A stretch of DNA of 64,000 bases from the human T2T-CHM13v2.0 reference genome, Homo sapiens, in the NCBI RefSeq assembly GCF_009914755.1, contig NC_060936.1; one strand, given 5' to 3'. The notes beneath the pieces were generated by a model. The model did no database searches. It had not been told where the DNA came from and saw only the letters and a program-made list of their open reading frames with translations. Positions 56,148 through 64,000 of the stretch are shown one piece after another. Within the stretch, counting starts at the first letter, position 1. Each line of letters begins with the position of its first letter. Both the position numbers and the translations under genes were made by a program.

Positions 56148-56493
56148 TGGTCTATGCGTTGCTTAACAATGGCAATACATTATGAGAAATGTGTTGTTAG
56201 GTGATTTTGTCGTGGTGCAGACACCATAGGGTATACTTACATGAACCTAGATGGTATAGCCTATTATGCACCTAGGCTATATGATATAGCCTACTGCTCC
56301 CAGGCTGCAAACTTGTACAGGATGTTAGTCTACTGAATACCATAGGCAATTGTAACACAGTGGTGAGTATTTGTGTGTCTAAACATATGTAAACATAGAA
56401 ATGGTACAGTAAAAATACAGTACTATAATATTCTGGGACCACCATTGTATATGTGGTCCGTTAACTGAAATGTCATTACGCAGCACATGCCTG
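56148..56493 (-). mobile_element. Tigger3a-like (TcMar-Tigger) MITE
   Basis: GAACCTAGATGGTATAGCCTA...GGCAATTGTAACAC...GTACAGTAAAAATACAG; TA at both flanks. Confidence 0.9.
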
Positions 56494-57129
56494 TAGTTGG
56501 CTTTTGTCTTACCAACGACAAGGAAAAATAATACAGCAGGTAATTAAATGGTGATGGGAGTGTTGGATTTGAAACTCCACACAGCTTTATATAAGCTAAT
56601 ATCCCTGTAACTGCCTGAGTGATGGATATGCTGTGCTGGTCCCCAGCTGCCATAACAGGGGATCCTGAGCTGGGCTATGTGGAACTCAGTTGCTTTCTAA
56701 GAGAAGCTGTAGGCCAAAGCACAGCACATCTGTTTTTCCTTTTCTTCTTCAAATGTCAGCATTCTAAAGCAATCTCATCCAGATCAAGTTATAATTAACA
56801 AATTGATGACATTAGAAAGATGATCTCCAAAGTTACAATATTGAGACTCAGTAGATCATTAACTAAGATGTGAATACATACTTTTCTTTTCTCCATCCAA
56901 AATAAATGATGCATTAAGTTTTAAAAATTTGGGGTGAGTAGAGGGAGAAAACAAGGATCTATTTATAAGCTAGAGAAAACAATTGTCAGAAAACATTGCA
57001 ATAGTTTGGTTTGGCAAAGAGAACATAATGAGCAATAATTCCACCTTTCTGGCACATGGAACTTAATGTGTTTGTGTGTGTTTTCCTTTACTATTTCTCT
57101 CTGTAGTTCATCCAACTCCCTTCCCTCAT

Positions 57130-57413
57130 TCCGTCCCCTTTTTCTTCTTTCCTTCTTCCCTTTCATCTCTCTGTCTTTGTCTGTCTGTCTTCTATCTATC
57201 CATATCTGTCTGTCTCTTATCTATCCATCTACCTCTTCTGTCGGTCTATCATCTATCTATCTTCCATATTTATCTTTATTTGTTTATTTATCTTTATCTA
57301 TTTGTCTATGTGTAACTCAGGACTTGTTAGGACTTCTTCTATATCTATCTGTCTGTCTATGTTCATCTATCTATCTCTATTATCTATCTGTCTGTCTATC
57401 TATCTATCTATCC

Positions 57414-57446
<33 letters not shown>

Positions 57447-57450
57447 CTCT
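57130..57450. repeat. Degenerate (TCTA/TCTG)n tract ending in compound STR TCTA(TCTG)2(TCTA)4 TCCA (TCTA)8 at 57383-57446
   Basis: Counted directly. Confidence 0.95.
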
Positions 57451-57951
57451 ATCTGGAGAGTAGTTGAGCAGTTACAGATAATGCTTTTTGTAACACAATA
57501 TCAATCTTGCTGTATTTTATCAGTAATTGCTGTTCATTTAATGCCTCTTCCACAGGGATGTAGAAGAACTCATAGAAGCAACTATGAATCCAGGTAGGAT
57601 TAGTGTTACTGTTGGATGGTATCTATCTTCCATGAAGATAACTTTGTTGCCTCATGGTGGAAAGTTCTATCTGTGTCTCCAAAAACATTATCAGCAGTTT
57701 AAGCTAAATATTCAGGACCATTCTCTCGTCCTCAAAAATAATGAGCAGTAATTTGATATTGTAGAAAAATTACTGGACTTGGAACAAGAAGACCAGAGTT
57801 CTGGTCTAGCTATATTGGTTAACTGTTGCTGTATAACATATTAACATATCATACCAAAACTTAGTGGCTTAAAACAATAATAAACATCTATTATCTTACA
57901 CAGTCTCTGTGGTCAGGAATTCGGGAATGGTTTGTCTGGATGGCTCTGCCT

Positions 57952-58755
<804 letters not shown>

Positions 58756-58976
58756 AGGACTGTTTCATGAAGTTGCAGTCAAGACGTTGGCTTGACTTCA
58801 GTCATCTGAAGCCTTGACTAGGACTAGAAAATCTGCTTTCTTGGTGGCTGATTCACATGACTGGTATGCTGACGCAGATTGTGGCAGGAGGCCTCAGTTA
58901 TTCCCCATGTGGGCCTCCCTACTGTGACACGTACCATAACTATTATTTATGGCAATGACCTCTGGTGCTTTGCTTC

Positions 58977-59820
58977 TGTACAGGAAGAAAGGTTTCTTTT
59001 TTCACCCATCACTAGGTTCATCTCTGAGTCCACAACAAAGGACAGATCAACAAGAGAAAAGCATATAAGTATATTTAATATAGATTTTCTATGACACAGG
59101 ATCCTTCAGAAAGATCCAAAGAAACAGGGAATCTTGTGTATTTTTTAGGCAAAGTTTGAAGAAGTGGGTAGTTGTGGAGAAGTGTGTTTTTAAAAGGGGG
59201 GTGTGATCTAATGGTAGTAAACTGGGGGGAACTTAGCAAGACTTATTTGTTAAGATTCTTCTCTGTGTTCTTGTGTCTTCAGAGATAATATGGTTTGGCT
59301 CTGTGTCCCCACCCAAATCTCATCTCAAATTGTAATTTCCACGTGTTGAGGGAGGGAAGTGATTGGATTATGCGGGCAGTTTCCCTCATGCTGTTCTCTT
59401 GATAGTGAGTGAATTCTCATGAGATCTGATGGTTTTGTAAATGGTAGTTTTTCCTGTGCTATCACGTGCTCTCTCACCTGCCGCCATGTAAGACATGGCT
59501 GCTTCCCCTTCCACTATGACTATAAGTTTCCTGAGGCCTCCCCAGCCATAGGGAACTGCGAATCAATTAAACCTCTTTTTTTAATAAATTAGCCAGTCTC
59601 GGGCAGTTTTTTATAGCAGTGTGAGAACAGACTAACACAAGAGATAAGAATGTTCCTTTCCTCTAGATGTAGAAAGGGCACCTTCCAAATGAGGTTTTAT
59701 GATCTGCTTCAGGGGAGAAGGGCGAAAAGAAGGTGAGAGAGACTTTTCTGCTTCTGCTTCTGCAGCGTTTTCAAATGCCAGGGTGCCATTTTGGGGATTA
59801 GCTTCCCCTGAACCCCATCA
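58977..59820 (-). mobile_element. ERV1 solo LTR (LTR54-like), split by THE1
   Basis: Antisense start TGATGGGGTTCAGG; 4-bp TSD CTTC at 58973-58976 and 59821-59824. Confidence 0.8.
59286..59639 (+). mobile_element. THE1C/D-like MaLR solo LTR
   Basis: ATATGGTTTGGCTCTGTGTCCCCACCCAAATCTCATC...GACTAACACA; perfect TSD AGAGA. Confidence 0.93.
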
Positions 59821-61239
59821 CTTCCACTATCATGACCCCGATTCCTTCTGGAGGATGTTTACATCCTTTCAGTGGTTGTTAGTGATTATGGGCCCCGACT
59901 TCCCACTCACTAACTAGGTTGCAAAATCTTTGAAGGCAAAGACCCTGATATTGTCACCACAGCACCTCCAGTTCTAACTGAGCGTTCTACTTATTTGAAA
60001 GTTTAATACACATTTGATGAATAAATGTAGGATTGAGAGTTGCTAGTGACTCTCCAGGCACCTCGGTGTCTTCTTGTTGGTGAGGACAGGGGCTGCAAAG
60101 CATTTCTAAGGAACAGAGATTTCCTCACTAGCAGGACCAATGCAGACGTAATTCTGCAGAGTAGTCCTGGGGAGGGCTGTGCAATGAAGAAACCAATTTT
60201 CAGCTCTCTCTTCTCAGAATGGCGTGACAATCAACTATCTGGGTCAATTTGGTTGAAGAGTTCTCTTATGGAGTGCCATTATCCCATACTTACAAATTTC
60301 ACATGGCCCTGGATTGGTTTTTAACTGGCTCTTGATATCTTTTTTAATGGCATAACCTATTTACCTGTTTTTCTTTAAACTTATGCATCCTTTTCACAGA
60401 GTCTTTCTATGTATCAAAAGATCCTTTGAAGGAGACAAGGATAGTCATCCAGTCCAACTTTGTGACCCAGTGTTTCACTGTGAACATCATTAATTGCAAT
60501 AATGTTATAAAAGTAACCTTTCTGCAAATAAATCCTCCTCAGGAGTATGTGCTTGGAGTGGTCAACAACCTAATTAATGATATTCCAATTTTTACTTCAA
60601 GTAAAGACCTTCTTCATCCTTGCTTTACTTCTAGACCCTGTGCCATTTTGCATTTGTGACTTTAGCAACCCAAAGAAAATGTGTTTCTGACTTCAAATGT
60701 GCCTGTTTTCTTGCTTCTCCCTTATTTAATGTATGCTGTTGTTGAAAGGGCAAAATAAGAATTCTAAAATTAATTCTGAAATGCACGCAATTTACACTTT
60801 AGATCGTATCAAAATAATTTTTCCCATTTATGCCACATGAATCAGATCTGTTTTATTTTTCTCTCCTACTTACTTGAAGCTTAGGTATTTGCACTGGTGG
60901 AGTTGAGGAGTAGCAGTCTGGCCTATGTTTTTGTGGCTGTATGTGTATGGGGGCATGGGGGAATGTGTGCACCCATGTAGAGGGGACTGCCCAAGAGTCA
61001 TTTCTTATGAGCTGCATTTAAGTAGCAAGCATACTCCTTTAATTTAGATTGTCTCTTCTGTTTCTGGATTTCCAAGGACAGCTGGTGGAGATTTTGGAAG
61101 AAGTTATTCAATGCCCCTCCAAGCCATGTCATAGTGTATCCATTAGGAATTAGACTTCCCGCCCCCAGAAAAGCCATGCTCTTGGCGGGAAGAACTGGTC
61201 TTTGCAACTCTCATATTGATAACAATGTAAATATTATAA

Positions 61240-61420
61240 TCTTAGAGTATTAGAGGTACACTAGACTTTAAGAGAATTTCCAGTTTTATTGTTTCATTTT
61301 ATAAATGGGAAAACTGAGGTTGAAAGAGGTTAAGGGATTTATGATAGAAAAATAAAAAATATGGTTGGGAGAGTTGACCTATTTTTTGGACACCGAGGCT
61401 AGGCCAGTGTACTTTCTATT
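61240..61420 (-). mobile_element. MIR
   Basis: TTTTATAAATGGGAAAACTGAGGTTGAAAGAGGTTAAG. Confidence 0.7.
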
Positions 61421-61904
61421 ATAGCTCTATTTACTTCACTGTTAAAAGACAAAGTCTTTCACTGTCTTTTATTGCAACTCGGCAGTGGAAAAATTAACTC
61501 AAAAGGCCCAAGATATACTAAACATCAATAGTCTTGGCCCTGTGAATAGTTCTATTAACTCATTTAGGAGAGGCAGGCTATTGATAAGTGATTTGGCTTC
61601 TGCAGCAAGTGTAAATAGCTCCTTCATTGTCTTAGAAGTCAACGTTTCTTTTTAAACATTAGATGTGCCTCCTGAGAGATACAATTATCACTCTTAGATG
61701 TTACTGAATAATTTGAAGCTTTGAAGTAAGTTTAAATAAAAATCAAAAGGAGGAACTAATATTGTGCAGTAGACAGTCCACCTGGTATGCCATCTGATTC
61801 CCAATAGGAACATTGTTTTATAGATCAAGGGTTTTGTGTTCATTCCATATACACCAATAATCTGAAAAGTGAAGGTTTTTTTTTCCTCTAAACCGAGACT
61901 GATT

Positions 61905-62199
<295 letters not shown>

Positions 62200-62911
62200 A
62201 AGACTGATTCTTAAATAGGGACATTCTCATGATTCTAGATATTTTGAACAAAGTTGTACAAAATATCATACAAAGTGATCATCAGCCAAATGTGGGATTT
62301 TGACAAGTCATTTCACTTCCCTAATCTTCCATTTCCACATTTGTAAAACTAGAGTTCTTATCGCCTCTAAAGGAGAGGGAATAAATGTGACTTATTCATT
62401 CAGTCATTCCATCAACAAATAACTGAGGCTCTAGGATGCCTTTTATTTCTTGTTCTATATCTCACAAAATTCTCATTGTGTATTGTCTGTTTTCTGCCTG
62501 AACCTTACCAACTACCACCAGACTATAAGTTCCCTGAGGGCACGTTCTTTGTCATTCTTATTCACTGATGAATTCTGAATGCCCAAGAGGCTTCCTGTCA
62601 CATAGTAGAGACTTAATGAATAGCAACCATGTGTGGAAACATGTCTGTAATGAACCTTCAGTGACCCAGCAGAGACAGAAAATCATAGAGATGACATTAA
62701 TGGCTTTTGGTATGGACTGTAAAAGGAATATAGTTTGAGGAGGCATAAAGGGGAGGCATTGACTCTAGCTTGGTGGAATTAGGGAAAGGTTCATGGAGAA
62801 AGTACTAAGTCTTCGCAAAAACTGGGATAAGTGCTATTCTATTCATTTGTATAAATGAGAAAAGTGAAGCTCCAGATACTTTTAAGACTCAAAGATCTTG
62901 GTCAGAAAGTA

Positions 62912-63149
62912 CAGCGGTCCGTTGGTATGCACGGGGTATTGGTATGCACGGGGTATTTGTTCCAGGACCCACTGCAGATACTAAATTCCACAGATGCTCA
63001 AGTTCTGAAGTCGGCCTTGCGGAACTCGCAGATACATTAAGTCAGTCCCTCTGGTGTCCACAGGTTCTGCATCCTGCAAATATTGAATTTTCAATCTGTG
63101 GTTGGTTGAATCTGTGGATGTGGAATCTGTGGATATGGAGGGTCAGTTG
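62912..63149. mobile_element. MER2/MER8-family Tigger MITE
   Basis: TTCCAGGACCC...GATGCTCAAG...TTGGTTGAATCTGTGGATGTGGAATCTGTGGATATGGAGGG. Confidence 0.8.
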
Positions 63150-63456
63150 AACTGAATCTGGGCCTTGTATCCAGGAATCTGCATCAAAACCTTTCCCCCC
63201 ACAGCCCCTGACTTTGCTCTGTCTCTTCTCCAGAAAGTTCACGGTCAGTCTTTCCTAAGGAAGTGGCCATGAGTTCTGTAAGCTTATGAATCATCTAGAC
63301 GGAAGAGATTTTACCATGTGGTGTCTCAGCTGATAGAATAGTTCCAAGCTTATTCTCCTTTGTTCTCAGATGGTTTTCCTGAAGGCAGAGTCTGATAGGC
63401 ACAGTGTTCTTCTATTTCTATTCAAAATTTTCCACGTAATGGCCAATACTATTTCA

Positions 63457-63786
<330 letters not shown>

Positions 63787-64000
63787 TGATTGATGGATCC
63801 ATAAAGTACTCTGTACTTTTTGTCCTCATTTTATGATTACAAAATAAAAGTGTTTAAATTCCGAAAACAAGACAAGTGTTCTCACCCTCCTTCTTTTCAG
63901 TTGTACCTTCTGTTTTGATCCCTCATGCTCCAAACATCCTATCAGTGGTTTCAAAAGGTAACTTCAATACCATTGGTTACCAATTTAATGATGGCTTTGC

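Noticed and set aside
57066-57467. 133-aa ORF with LSIY repeats
   Set aside because: It is a translation of the TCTA microsatellite

Overview
Primate (human-like) nuclear genomic DNA: AT-rich, CpG-depleted and intergenic or intronic. I find no supportable protein-coding exon, RNA gene or CpG island; the supplied ORFs are short chance frames or read through Alu, LTR or microsatellite sequence. The window is a mosaic of transposon fossils: about 17 Alu/FLAM/FRAM copies (AluJ, S and Y), MaLR/ERVL LTRs (THE1, MST, MLT1, MLT2), ERV1 solo LTRs (MER41B, MER57, LTR54-like), a MER21 LTR, hAT/Tigger DNA transposons, old L1M/L2 LINE pieces, MIRs and several microsatellites. Subfamily names come from my recollection of consensus sequences and need RepeatMasker/Dfam confirmation. 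I see no evidence of a new biological system. The best non-routine observations are: (1) a ~100-bp templated copy moved 16 kb into another L1; (2) a local inverted duplication of a MER21 LTR; (3) a MER41B LTR retaining one STAT/GAS site; (4) a perfect 20-bp palindrome created inside an AluY; (5) several well-formed candidate non-coding exons or microexons and enhancer/CTCF motif sites in repeat-poor islands.
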